Source of the DNA: Styela clava
Taxonomy: Eukaryota
Direction of reading: 5' to 3'
Length of the DNA stretch: 64,000 nt
Assembly (NCBI RefSeq): GCF_964204865.1
Contig: NC_135257.1
Location: forward strand, 11,904,001-11,968,000
The translations under genes were made by a program, and so were the position numbers. Numbering within the stretch: the stretch's first letter is position 1; each line of letters begins with the position of its first letter. This document shows, one piece after another, positions 47,301 to 60,412 of this stretch. Under the pieces are notes generated by a model. The model made no database searches, was not told where the DNA came from, and saw nothing but the letters and a program-made list of their open reading frames with translations.

Positions 47301-50134
47301 TTTTGTAAACCCCAAACAAATATATACTATTATTTAGTTAGCGCTAAGATCGAAAAAGATCACAGCAATAATAATAATACAGCAAATCAGTAATAATACA
47401 ATCTAATGTATGATGTTCAAGAGAGTTGTTTTCAAACTATAGGTGAATTAAATCAACTGGAAACATTTACAGCAAACTGATGATTTTTCTAATCAGTCTT
47501 CTGCCCATTCAGAAAATTAGAATTTGAAATAGATCTTATGGAAGAATTATTATTTCAATATAAATTTTTCCAGTAACAATGCTTGCTATTCGTAATCTAT
47601 TTTTTGATAATATTTATCTGAAGATATTGACCAATTTTTTTCAAATCTATTCTTTACCAAAACTATTTCTTTTAGACTTGGCTCAACATTTCTTGGTAAA
47701 GGCAAACATTACAGCGATTCGTAGAGTCAGAAAATCTGACAACAATCGTATTGGTCGTGCAAGTGGTGCCACTGTGTGTTCTAGAACAGATGAAATTAGA
47801 GAAGAAGATATCGGTACTGGAGCCGGTTTGTTTGAGATTCGCAAATTCGGGGATGAATATTTTACTTTCATTACTGAATGCAAGGATCCGAAGGTATTTT
47901 TTGGTCAAAGAAAACAAATCTGTGTTTGTATGCTGTGATATGCTTTAACAGATGGCGAATTTTACTGAATAAATTATTAATTCTGTCATTAAAAACAGGT
48001 TTATTGAATGATTTGAGGTAGAATTTCAAATTTTTGTGCTTTTTAATTGGTAATAGCTTGTTTAATGTTTTTTCCTTCCATTTCTGCATTTGAATATATA
48101 AATTTGTTATTGGTTATTTGCATCCAAAATCAAAGAATAGAAAAAAAAATATTTCTGAAGGATCTCGCTGCTTTTTACCATCAAAACATTTTTCGAAAGT
48201 ATAAATTTGTTTTCATGTTCCTACAGGCTTGCACTATTCTACTGAGAGGTGCAAGTAAGGATATTTTGATGGAAGTCGAAAGAAATCTACAAGACGCAAT
48301 GCAGGTTGTTAGGAATGTCATGGTCGATCCTAAACTTGTTCCTGGAGGAGGAGCAATTGAAATGGCTGTTTCTCATGTGAGATCATTTTAAAATTATTCG
48401 ACGTGTTTGTTTTTTGGATGAATTTTTATTGGTATTACTCAATTTATTTTTAATAAGCAATCTGCATTCTATTTATTTTCCAGCAATTAACTTAATGTCC
48501 AAGAGTAAATAAGACAGGTTGGTAAATCCTAATTTTCCTATGAGGAAATAGTCTTTAAAGCCTTAGAAATCTAAGGGAATGGGGCATTAACAATGATAAA
48601 AACTCTGCATCGAAAGTTGCTAATTCGATAACTCGACATTCCCTTCTTATTATCCCTTCGTATTTTACTATTCAATATAAATTTCCCCATGTTGTAGAAG
48701 CTTGTTTCTGGCGAAATATTATTGTCATGCGTATAAATATATGTATTCAACACATTGTTTATCTGTTATTTATAACTCAAATTTGTATTCATTTTGATAT
48801 ATATCTGTGCTATTCTCATCTTTCGTAAGGTGTTGAACATTTTGTGTGTTTCAGAAATTGGTCGAAAAGGCTAAAACCATGACTGGTGTAGAACAATGGC
48901 CATATAGAGCGGTAGCACAATCTCTTGAAGTTATACCAAGAACGCTGATTCAGAACTGTGGAGCTAGCACAATTCGGAAAATTACTCCATTACGGGTGAG
49001 TTATTTTTTTATACAAGAGTCGCAACCAGTGTTGGTGCATCTTACAGGAGAATGTTTTATGTGTCTTCTCAAAGCACAAAAGTCTGTTCACAAATTCAAG
49101 TTGAAAAATTCCCAGACAACTAGCTTAATATGAATTTATTCTGTATTGGAAGTATGGGGTAGAAAGTATATTAGGATGGTAAATAAAGTAGTACTATATC
49201 TATCTATTCATTATTTAAAACTCTGCCTTCAAGGCAAAAGGGAGTTTCATATATTTTCTGTGTATCTGGTAATAGCCTGTGAGCGGAGTGCGAAATAGTA
49301 GAGTTGTAGCTCTGTTAATAAGGCGCTCCAGAAGTGTGTGTACCAATATGGGGGTAACTAATTTTGTTGTAACTAATAAGTTGTGTAAAGGGACTGAAAC
49401 GTGTGGGCAGGGGTATATTCACTTAGCTAACACAGACAGTCCCCGAACTCGTAATAGAACTAAAAAAAGGAAACTGAATAAAATTATGGCCTAACCCTAA
49501 CCTGGTACACACACTTCGGGAGTACCTTTAATAATAATATATCACACTTTTTCAAGTTATATTTCTACACTATGAGATATTTGTCTTATTCAGTGAACCT
49601 ATTTGCCTGGGTAAAAATGAGGTATTCTGGGATTTTTGTCTTATTAATTTTAATATTTTATTCTGTTATAGGCGAAACACACAGTTGCTGGCAATCATAC
49701 TTGGGGTGTGAACGGAGAGACTGGAGATGTTGTTGACATGAATGAGTTTCAAATATGGGAGGCTCTTTCAGTAAAACTGCAAACTTATAAGACTGCAATG
49801 GAGGTTTGTATTTGAGACAACTGGGATTATTAAAACACAAACTGCACCAATTGCTTTCAAATTTACAAGCGGGATCTGTTATTTCACCTAAAACTTTGAT
49901 GTTTATTTTCAATCGTGTGAACACAAATTTGATATTTGACCCACCTGTCCGGTTATCGAAGCATTGTTCTCTTTTTATTTCCCTCCGCAGTTTTCAGGCT
50001 TCATGGAAGCAATTGGCAATACAGCATTGTATTTTACAATAAAAATCTTAACCATGTTTTCATTTATGCAGACGGCTATGCTATTGCTTCGAATTGATGA
50101 CATTGTTTCCGGAACAAAGAAGCAGGAACAGTAG
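41317..50134 (+). CDS. CCT3: T-complex protein 1 subunit gamma
   Basis: Starts MSAPVLVL|[13 protein letters not shown]. Motifs [99 protein letters not shown]; TAG at 50132-50134. Confidence 0.97.
42186..42497. mobile_element. Buster/Charlie hAT MITE (312 bp)
   Basis: TIR CAGTGATTCTCAAAC / GTTTGAGAACCACTG; exact 8-bp TSD ATCTATAT (nnnTAnnn). Confidence 0.9.
42561..42776. repeat. ~87-bp tandem repeat, 2.5 copies
   Basis: Units start at 42561, 42648 and 42734 (AC.T.TCAG.G.CT.C.TGTG.AG...CTTG.TTTGAGTGAAG...). Confidence 0.85.
45126..46331. mobile_element. Older hAT-like element (TAGGGTGACCA/GTCCCG type) interrupted by the Buster element
   Basis: Degenerate ends CAGGCTTACCACAT / ATATGGTCAACATA with repeated TGTCCCG motifs near both ends. 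Flanks TTTATTGA / CCTATTGA match 6/8. Confidence 0.5.
45318..46168 (-). mobile_element. Internally deleted Buster/Charlie hAT transposon retaining the BED zinc-finger part of the transposase
   Basis: TIR CAGTGGTTCCCAACC / GGTTGGGAACCACTG; exact TSD ATCTAGCA. Minus ORF 45533-45739 reads [15 protein letters not shown]...[28 protein letters not shown]. Confidence 0.93.
49322..49526. mobile_element. GG..CC MITE with CCTAACCCTAACC motif
   Basis: TIR GGCGCTCCAGAAGTGTGTGTACCA / TGGTACACACACTTCGGGAGTACC; TSD GTTAATAA / TTTAATAA. Confidence 0.8.
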
Positions 50135-50426
50135 CAAGAATCACTGAAATCGTGCGGGGATTTGAATTTATCTGCCTGTTATCTGCAGATCAGTGTTCAC
50201 ATCAACTTCTAGTGGATTTTTTCGTGCTTTCGCTGCAAAGTACTGTTCCTAGGTTTTTCATGAATGTAGCATGCTTCAAATAAAATTTGTACTATGGAAT
50301 TCTTATGTTTGGTGATTTATAGTGTACTTCGTGAAGTTGTTTTTGAATACTGGGTCGAGTTTCTTGGTTGAATTGCTTGGGTGAGGATGTTGTTGAATGG
50401 CGCACAGAGGATCATGACTTTTTTTT

Positions 50427-50511
50427 GGACCTCCAGAAGTATGCGCACAACCTGAACATAGCATGTGTGTACCGGTTAGGATTCAGGTTGTGCGCATACT
50501 TCTGGAGCACC
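50427..50511. mobile_element. 85-bp hairpin MITE of the same GG..CC family
   Basis: Perfect 26-bp stem CTCCAGAAGTATGCGCACAACCTGAA (50431-50456) pairs with 50482-50507; poly-T flanks. Confidence 0.75.
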
Positions 50512-50989
50512 CTTTTTTTTCGTTTATTTTGCCTCTAACGGTGACCGATCGGCAATAAGTCAACTATGGTGCACCGATTGGATTTTTGACGTCTCCCGGG
50601 ACATCCTTCTTCGCGTAGCAGGGTTTTTGGGCATGGTTGAAGACACTGGCTCGTTTTCGCGATCTTGCACGCAATTTTTCGTTTTGTAGTTTTATTTTCC
50701 AGAATTTAGGTATAAATCTGATAGCTCATCTGTCATTTTGTCTTCCGAGAAGTTTCATCCATCAAACATTATTCTCGGAAAAGCTGTGATAGGCTCTGGA
50801 TAGGTAAAATTATCTATCTGTAACTTGGCCGATAATTGAACGTTAGGAATTTAATAAAGACAATGTAAGCGAGAAAATACTCTCAAAATAAACGTCGACG
50901 ATGTTTAAGAATCGAAAGAATTTTTTTGAGGCTCGTCGGTTGGCATAATTGCTGATCGCGCCGCTGATTACTCTGCATTGTTCCCACAC

Positions 50990-51075
50990 CGGATGAGAGG
51001 CCGTTGTTCGGCATACGATTGAGCTCTCTTATCCGCATTCCTCTTCCTAGGGATAAATACGCAAATCTTGTCCTA
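50990..51075 (+). mobile_element. 3' fragment of the SINE family
   Basis: GAGAGGCCGTTGTTCGGCATACGATTGAGCTCTCTTATCCG..GGGATAAATACGCAAATC aligns to the 3' part of the 2765 and 38549 copies. Confidence 0.55.
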
Positions 51076-51896
51076 TGTCAAGGGTCGGAAAACCATCCAT
51101 TGCCGGTATAGAACTGAGAAAAGACTATACTGTCTGTTGCTATCAATTTCAATTTTAGCCCCGATATAACATTTTAAAGACAAAAAATTTAACTTTTTCT
51201 CTTCTCCACTTCCAGTTGAAACAGCGGTTATGCGGTCCTCTGAATCTGCTCTACACACACCAATTCTCTCCAACACATTATTTTAGAATGTAAACAAAAA
51301 ATGACAGCTTCTTTTTTAAATTTACATTTAATTTACAGAATAACATAAACATAAAGTAAGGCAAAATGTCTACCAGTAGACGAAGTTGTTACGCTATTTC
51401 CAAGAGATTGCAGAAGTATATTGTGGATATACGGCTAACTGACCTCTCACCAAAGAGTTTTGGAGTCGAATATACGCCTATTATCACCTATTCTATCTTA
51501 CATAGCCTATACATAAAACATTCAAGGGCCAAGCTCATGGGGCCCGCCACCATGATATTAAGAAAAATCTTCTGCTCAGATATTTTTGAATCAGATGTCC
51601 ACAATTTGTGAAGTTGAACAAATTGTTAATTTCAAGACCACGTATATTTTTACACTTATTATATGGTAACAAAGAAAATCATACAATAAAAGAGTTCAAT
51701 AAAACGAGAGGAGAAGCAAATAAATTACATAGTTCAGTTGGAGTCTCCAGTTATCACAATGGAACGATATTCTTCGTCGAGTCTTTACACTGGTCTCAGT
51801 TTATCATTGACACCAATCACAACTGTTTTCGGAGAATGCGATTGCCTGCGAGTCATTAGGAATATAATGACTCGTAGACTACATGCTAGGATAGCT

Positions 51897-54800
51897 TTAA
51901 ATACCGTTGACGGCATTTGGTTCTTGGCAGGATAATTCGTCATTGTGAAGACTAGTTGAACTGTATTCTCTGGCAACGGGTCTGGCTTTCGCCAATTGAG
52001 GAACTTTCACCGTTACTGTCTTTGTGTCAGAATATTCATTAATAGCAGCTTTTCCCCTATAGTGAAAAATTAATTAATATAATAAGCCGACAATTTAGGT
52101 ACATAGTTGAGAGGGTATTTTGTAGAAAGCTCCACCCCTAATGCAAAAATGTGAGATCTGAGAAAACACTAACTGGATGGCTACTATTTTTTTTTGAGCG
52201 GTGGCGGGGATGTTGTTTTTTGGGTGGGGGCTTTCTACAAAAGATCCCGAAAAGATAATGTTAAGGATGGTATTTTCTGTCGTGATATGATCATATTGTA
52301 CTTGTGACAGTAATAACACAATACTCACATTTCTTTTCCTTTCCCGGAAATTTTACATCCGCCGAATGGTGTCTGGGCAGCAAACGCATTGAAGCAATTG
52401 ATCCTACGAAAAAATATTTATAATTAATTTAAAATAAATTTGTATATACCGATAATCCTGGAGACGCAACCTTTCCAATAGTACGTTGATCAATGATGTT
52501 GCCGTCTACCTACCAAACTGTCCCGTTTTCTAGTTCGTTTGCTACTTCAAATGCGGTCGTTATATCATTTGTGAATACGCCAGCAACTAGACCGTAAGGA
52601 GTGTCATTGGCTCTCTGAATAACTTCGTTCAGTGTGCTGAATTTGAAAATGCATTGCACTGGTCCAAAAATCTAAACATGAATAAAAATACCACAATTAA
52701 AATAAAGACAATGGAAATTTTGATGTCGAGATTTACTGAAACGCCAAGCGATTAAAAACTGACAAATAGCCAAGAATAGAAAATATACCAAAAAACTAGT
52801 TTGTGAATGGAATGTTATTCCCTCTACATCGCTATAATTCAAATCACAACTTTAAGATTATGTGGCTTTTGCCCCATGCCATTTATTACATTTTCGCCAG
52901 CGGTTTGAGAAACAATAAGGTAGCTTTCGAAAAAAAAAAGGAAAAAAAGTGATACAAAACGTGATTGTAATTATTTTTATCAACTTCATCAAGGTTGAAA
53001 TATAATGATTTTAAGGTTTGAATGTAAATGAAATATAATAATTTTATATTATGATACCAATCACTGAAATATAACAAAACGATTCATATATGTACATTTC
53101 GTGTCTCATAAACAAGAAATGTCAAGAAAGGAGTAAAGAGACAAGAAGTTACCTCTTCTTTTGCTATGGTCATATGATCTTTGACGTCTGAAAACACTGT
53201 CGGTTGTATGTAAAGACCTTTTTCTCCGTGTCTGTAGCCACCACACTCAAGTTTTGCACCTTCTTTTATGCCCGTTTGAATCAAATTCAAAATTCTGTCA
53301 AAGTGATCTTGGCTTATCTGTAAACCAAAATATATGTTTGTCTTCAAATTTATTGCACCAAATCTAGAGTTCTATACGGAAATTAGCACAATAGATAAAC
53401 AAATCGCACTCATTTATATATAATATAATCTATTAACTACGATATGTAAAAACCCCGTTATTGTAAATCTGAACCGTCACTTGCGATAATGTCGAGTGCA
53501 GTTGAGAGCTAATGAATTGTTGCAATGTATATTCTACTATCAACAGTATGCACTGCTGCATTTTTGTCAAGTTCGAAACAACCAATTAAATTTCATGTCG
53601 GAAGGTGGCAGTGGCGACATGCCGCGACGGTCGCCTTGAAATGCGATCAGTCACGAGGAAACCGAAGGCTGTGAGGTGTGTAGTCGAGCGGTACGTGCTG
53701 CTGGCTATGCGTTGTCGCTGCGTTGGTTAATTAAAAATTGAGATGGTGTCGTGTTTATACGCTGAATGTTTCCTACTTGCAGTTTTCTTTCCTCTGTTGC
53801 AAGTAGGCGCTAAGAACAAAGGTGGGCTTTATTCGTTTGATGTAAGAGATATTCATAACCAAGTGACTTCGCTTGAACAATATAGAGGAAAGGTAGGTAA
53901 ATTGTTTGTTTCGGTGATGCATATTTTTCCAGGGACGCGGATACCTTAATCTTTATTTTGTTGCATTCAAGATATCGCTTGTTGTTAACGTCGCAAGTGA
54001 ATGCGGTTACACAGACGAACATTATCGACATTTGACAGAAATATATAACGAGCTGACCATCGAGAAGAACGAACCGTTTACGGTACTTGCCTTTCCGTGC
54101 AACCAATTTGGAAATCAAGAACCAGATAACAATGAGGAAATATTGAAATTTGCGCAGACGAACTATGCAGCGACGTTTCCCATATTTGGCAAAACAAATG
54201 TGGCCGGACGCAATCCTGATCCAATTTATGGGTATATAAAAGGTAAGTCGGCTTGTAATGATTTTTGTGTCAACTTCTTTTCCTCATATGCTTCGCTAAT
54301 AACGTGAAAAAGGTACACGCGATTTAGAAAATATTCTTCTTTTAGATAGCTTTCATTCCGAACCAACTTGGAATTTTTGGAAATATCTCATTGATGAAAA
54401 AGGCGTCGTTATCAATGGATGGGGTCCCAGAGTGACCGTTAAAGATATAAAAGAAAATATAGTTGGGGCGATAAAGAAACTGAAGACGAAGAGTCACGGG
54501 GAATTATGATATATATATAAAGTTGAGGCATATACCGTTTCACTTGTCTGCAGTACCACACCCCTTTTCCGTGTGTTAGGGGAAGAAGCTATCGGAATGG
54601 AGCTTTTTTTTGCTTGTTCAGTAGCAATTTTGTTTTGAGTTTTTGTTAATGTTTTCGTAAAATTTAGAAACCACTTTATACTTTATTGTCCGTATACAAC
54701 ATCAAGGGAAATTGACAAGGATGTTCAGCTCAATATTTTGGGAAGGTCTTAGGTCAGTAAACGCTTATACCTGTGGTCCTTGTTCGCAAAACAGTTCGAA

Positions 54801-57800
54801 CGGTGACGTGACAACTCGCCGACTAGCTCTTGCCACACTCTTTGCCACGAACTCTTCATAAATATCTTCATGAACGAAAGTCCGTGACCCTGCTGTGCAC
54901 ATTTGTCCTTGATTCATGAACACTGCCTGATGAGCTTGTTCTACGGCAACATCCACTAAACACGAAAAAACAAAAGTATATATTATATATAGTATGGCGT
55001 GTTGTACCAACCAATGCGGGCGGACATCTATTGAATTCTCAGTTATCACCATTCCTATGATGAAAAAACGATAAATGCTACGCGGTATATTCTAAAGCTA
55101 TCCAATTTACAGGAGTTGCCATGTAAAAGGACCAGCTTCGATCTGCTAAATATACTTGTGCAACAGTTTTATATTACAGATCGGTGAACAGTGATTTCGT
55201 TTTCCCGAAGTGGAATTGATAAAACACAATTATGTGACTTCTTTTCACCTTATCACATTTTCGATCAAGTCTGGGGCGTGGGTAAATTGGAGGCCCAATG
55301 ATCAAAATTGCAATTTTATTACTCTTACCGTCGGCGTCTGGAAGAATGATGTTTGGATTATTTCCAGATAATTCGAGGCTGACTTTCTTCAAATTGCTCT
55401 TCGTGGCAGCTTCTTCAATAAGTCTCCCCACCTGTCAACATAATGGCAATCATGCAATCGTCTGTTTATCTCTCATAGCAGACATATCTGATTTCGTAAT
55501 AGCGACGAAAGATATCCGGACAATTTCATTATTGTGGTGAACTGATAGGCAGGTCTCGTTGTTATCTGAAATCCTTTTCTAAATCGGTAACGTTACTCAT
55601 ATTTTTGATAGGGGAAGTAGGTGGTACGATTATTTACGCATTTAAAAAAGGTTGTGTATCTATTTTTCAATTTCCTTAAACATGTAGTAAAATACTGTAT
55701 TCCAAATTAATAGCACATTTGGGGCTCGTATTTACAGTCTGCTAACGACCTATCCCCATTTTGTCATTAAGTCAGTCAATGTGTTTTTGGTTCCCAACCA
55801 TCGATTTTAATTGTCTTGTCCAAATACCTTCACTGATCCGGTGAATGAAACTTTGTTGACGTCTTTGTGTGCTGCAATCGCCGCGCCTGTTTTTCCTGCT
55901 CCGGGCACAACATTGATAACTCCAGCGGGAAACCCAGCCTCTTGAGCCAACGACGCGACAAATAGAGTGGATAGCGGTGTGTATTCTGATGGTTTTACGA
56001 CGACGGTGTTACCGCAACAAAGAGCAGGTCCAAGTTTCATTGCCAGTGATATTAATGGCATGTTCCACTGCAAAAGAGTGATGTTTTATGAAGCTGACCA
56101 CGGTACACTAACACTAGTTGCTTAACCAGGGAAGAAGATAGATCTTTAGAGAGCGAATTGCTGTACTTACCGGTACAATTAATCCACATACTCCCAACGG
56201 CAGCACTTTTGTGTAACTGAGATATTCGCCATCCATTGGCAATGTTTTACCGTGGATTTTGTCTGTCCAACCGGCATAGTAGCGTATAATCTTCGAAATG
56301 CCCAGTGTGTCCATGAAAAACGTATGCGTATACGGTTTTCCGCTATCCATGCTCTCTAGACACTGAAAATATAGAGGTATTTCATGATATAAAAAAAATT
56401 CAAAGCAAATATGCATTCCTTCACGAGTCGCATTCTATACTTACAGCTAAATAGTATTTGTTTTCGTCTATCTTGTCGGCTAGTTTATTCATCAATGCGC
56501 CCCTGTCGGAGGCATCCATTCTCCTCCAAGAAGCAGCAGCGAACGCACGCTTTGCAGCTTGTACAGCCTTATCAACATCAGCCTATAAATTATCATTGAA
56601 GTGAGATTGAGTGAAAACGTGGCGTTTTATTCATATTAACAATGATATAATTGAGTATGTACTACGTACTTTGCACATTGGCATAAAATGCAAGCATTAC
56701 GATAACTTTTTAAAACTTCGTTACTCTAAGTTGTTGCACTTACATCACTTGCGAGGGAAACATCGGCTGTGATTTTTTCAGTTGAGGGACACTTCGTGGG
56801 GAAAGTTTTGCCGCCTTCGGAGTCCACCCACTCGTTGTTGATAAACAGCTGTATAGATAATAAAATCGTTATGTCATGGAAGAGCAAACTCAGTTAACGA
56901 CAACGCATAAAATAAATTGAAATTGTTGGCGGGAGGTATATCACTTTTCACTTTATTAGCGCACGATATCTTTAAAAATCCCCTCCTACTCTTTTATCAG
57001 AGTTGACGAAAGGTGGGTGGACGATTTCGTATATTATATTATGCTAACTTACCATGCCAATATTATTACATTATGAAGATTACGAACAGTAAGATAATCG
57101 CGATCTCAATGACAAATGTGGTTCTGGACTCTCTCAGAGTACATGGTATTTTCGTTAAGCGTATGATCGCACCAAGTTCTTTAATTAATCAAATACCACG
57201 GAAAAACAACATATTTGAGGATTGCTAACACGTCATATTTCAGATATTACGCGGTAAATGCTACATGTTATGCGGCAGTAAGTTGTGTAAGAACGCGATA
57301 CTATCTTCAAAATTGACAATAATTGCTGTTATGACACACCTTTCTTTGCTTCAGAAATAGACTTTTTTTGATATAATGTTGCAAATTTGTAATGCAATCT
57401 GCCTTTTCATCGTATTTTCATGAAGTATGATATTGTTCACTAGTGGCTTTTGTGTGGTTTTATTTCCTAGCTGGTGTAACTATAATTTATGTCAGATTGT
57501 GAGAAGTCAATCAATAACTGGCGTAATAATACAGGGATTCAAGCTGGGTCTTGTTTTCATCCCTCAATAAATTTAAATATGTTTCAAACTCTTTCTGTTT
57601 GCTATTTGTGGAACACGCTACAACGACCAGATTTCTCAGCCAAATATAATTGACAATTTGTGATCATCTCATGGGATAATTTACCACATAAATGGGGTAC
57701 CTACGTATCACAGGGTCACCTCAAAATTTCGAAACATTTGGGCCGATTCAGGTTTTAAACTATTTTGTGGATCACGTGATCCGGGCCTTTCATGATGTAT

Positions 57801-60412
57801 AAGAATAGTTAGGTATTTATTTTTTTTCTAGTCGTTAGAAATAAGACGAGCTACATCCGTTTTTATACTTCGCCAAACAGCAACCAATTTCATAAAGCAA
57901 GTTTTTTTCGCTAATAATGCATTCGTCGGGCTGTTTCTTTACTGAGATATGGATATCCTTACATAACACTTTATGGCGTATTATGCGCTGTTAAACACCG
58001 ATAGTGATCAATATTCCGTAACTTACCAAGAATTTAATATATAAGTATATCGCAACAACAAAGTCAATATAAAGTATCGCGATATCTTAATACTGCGGCG
58101 TATGAATAACTGCGCATAGATTCTTCTGATATCTCACTGATATTGTCTTTTTTCATAAAAAAACATAGAAATAATAACAAATACCTAGCTCTTTAATGAA
58201 ATTTTGAAGACCCCAAGTGACGTCACTCTTCCGCGAATTAGTTGCCTCGCACGCAATATTGCAGGAATCGCGTGTTAATATCAAGATATTCCGATTATAC
58301 ACATAAACACAAGTATTAAATCTGAACCAGACTTATTATACGCGACACGTTATCGTCGATTTCATCGTAAACATCTAAATGTCGTCTAATCATGATTGAA
58401 AAATATCTTAAGCGGTACCGCCCAACTTGTCCCATGCTATTTGCTTGATTTTTATTGGCGTAAAGATACAATCTGATCGCATTGTAGGTTTCCATGTAAT
58501 TGTCAAGGTATGGAATGCTTATCTCCCATACGGATAAAGCAATGGATATATGCGAAAAGGCAAAACAATTTTTCATTTTTCCAAGCTATCGAGAATTGGT
58601 TTCGTTTCGTGAATTGGTCAGAGTGTTGACAAAAAAAAATATTCAATCATTCTGTTTACTTTAACAATTTGAATAAAAATTACAGAAAATTGGATTTGAG
58701 TTTTCGTCATGTTTTGACTCAGACCTGTTTAAATTTATGACTCCTGTAAAAGACAGTTCCGTCGCGTTGGGGAGTAAATGTTACTTAATGGCACTGATTC
58801 ACCGTTTTAGTCGGCCGATTTTAACAGTCACGACGAACGAACCTTATTTTTCGTTCCAGGTGTAGAAAACCTAAATCCTTGCAATAAAACACGGCTTTAT
58901 TACATCTTATATACTGACCATCCCAAACAATTATTTTTACAATCTCAATAAACCATACGACTTGGCGCACGATTTGTGTACATTATTTATATAATATATA
59001 TATAAGAAAATCGATTTTTTTTGTATTGGTATTTTCAGAAAATTTATATTAAACTTCGACTATTATTTAGTACTAAATATCATAAGTTTTTCTATAATAT
59101 AATAACAAGCTGACAGCTTGACATCGACTCACGATATACTTCAATCAGAATTTTCTGCAATAACTTTGTTTGAATTCGCCTGAAGCAATTATGTATACTT
59201 ATTTGAATAATGCAAATTTAAGGAGAATCAAGCGTATCGAATAGTTATGTAAGGGGGTAGCGTAACTAGTATCAGTTAGTACTAATGTCGTAATTTAGCT
59301 TCCAGTAGAGCTTGGCATTCTAAAATACCTATCAGAATTGCATTTCGAACATACGGCTTCAATAAACAAAGAATTAGGAAATCACCTCGACCTTTGGCGG
59401 ACGAAACAAAAAACAAGATGGCGGCGATTCGAAATTTTCGTCCGAACCGATTCGAATATTTCACAATTCAACTCGAAAAATTTACAATTTCATTCGAATA
59501 TTTGGTTTAAAATGTTTCACACTAGTCTTTACATTCCCCAATTCACCAGGCAAGCCGATTATTGATGGATTCGAAATTACTATTATAACGTTATTCTCTA
59601 TTTTACGTTGTTGATACTTGGTAGATTTCGGGTAATCGCTTCTTTCGTGATTTATGATGTCGCTTTTAATGGTAATTGTTGAAAATTACTTAGAATATAT
59701 TGGTCCTAAAATAAAGTGGAATGAGCCAAAGTTCCCCATTTGCTGCCACAAACATGAGCATTTCTGCTTACTTAATAGTGTGACGTCATGCACAAATACA
59801 GACCGTAGGAATACTTCGTAATACCACGCGATTCCAATAAATGTGATAATGATGTTTGCTTACATTGCTATTGGTGAAATATATATTGGGAATCGAATTG
59901 GGGGGTTATAGATTTCGAATGTGGTACAAATAACATGCAAAGAGGCGCATTTCCCTTGTCATAAATGGCGACTATTAAGATGACCAACATTGTGTCTGTC
60001 ACTGTAATTGTTAAAAACATCAAAGTGAACAAATAATTTTTAATAATTCTTTGAACAGCTATTACGTTGGTAAAAGCATGCGTCATAAACTGCGGAATAC
60101 GTGTTGTATTAGTCTATAAACCATCAAATGGAGAATACTAAAAAATCTATATTTACATAAACATGTGGGATTTTTAGCATGACATAAATGGATAGCTAAG
60201 TACAGGCTAACTTGCTGAATATTATTTAAAACTTGTTAAAAATATTACCATACCTTAGTATATTTCACTTCTGGACTTGGGTTCGGTGGTGGGATTGGCC
60301 ACGGTACGCATGCAGCGGCGGGGTCTTTTCCTCCGCACTGGGAGTTCGAAGATTCTTGCAATGGATCAGCGACATTTTCAACAGCTTTTTGTTCGATGAC
60401 TGAAGTACTCAT
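51897..60412 (-). CDS. Aldehyde dehydrogenase, ALDH1A-like (divergent paralog)
   Basis: About 11 exons, from MSTSVIE...PSPEVKYTK|LFINNEW through [36 protein letters not shown], catalytic Glu LELSG, catalytic Cys [26 protein letters not shown] and PFGG to [10 protein letters not shown] plus an extension; TAA at 51899-51897. Confidence 0.92.
53743..54509 (+). CDS. GPX7: Glutathione peroxidase 7-like (Cys-type, ER-luminal), nested antisense in an ALDH intron
   Basis: Exons 53743-53892, 53972-54242, 54346-54509. Signal-peptide-like N-terminus, [12 protein letters not shown] (TGC Cys), [22 protein letters not shown] and C-terminal HGEL*. Confidence 0.9.

Noticed and set aside
47405-47485. C/D snoRNA candidate in a CCT3 intron (ATGATGT ... 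CTGA)
   Set aside because: Imperfect C box, no terminal stem and no rRNA-complementary guide recognised.
53972-54600. Selenoprotein GPX with a UGA codon and SECIS
   Set aside because: The active-site codon is TGC (Cys), as expected for GPX7/8.
59305-59525. TTCGAAT-rich hAT-like MITE in ALDH intron 1
   Set aside because: Ends are degenerate and there is no matching TSD, so boundaries cannot be supported.
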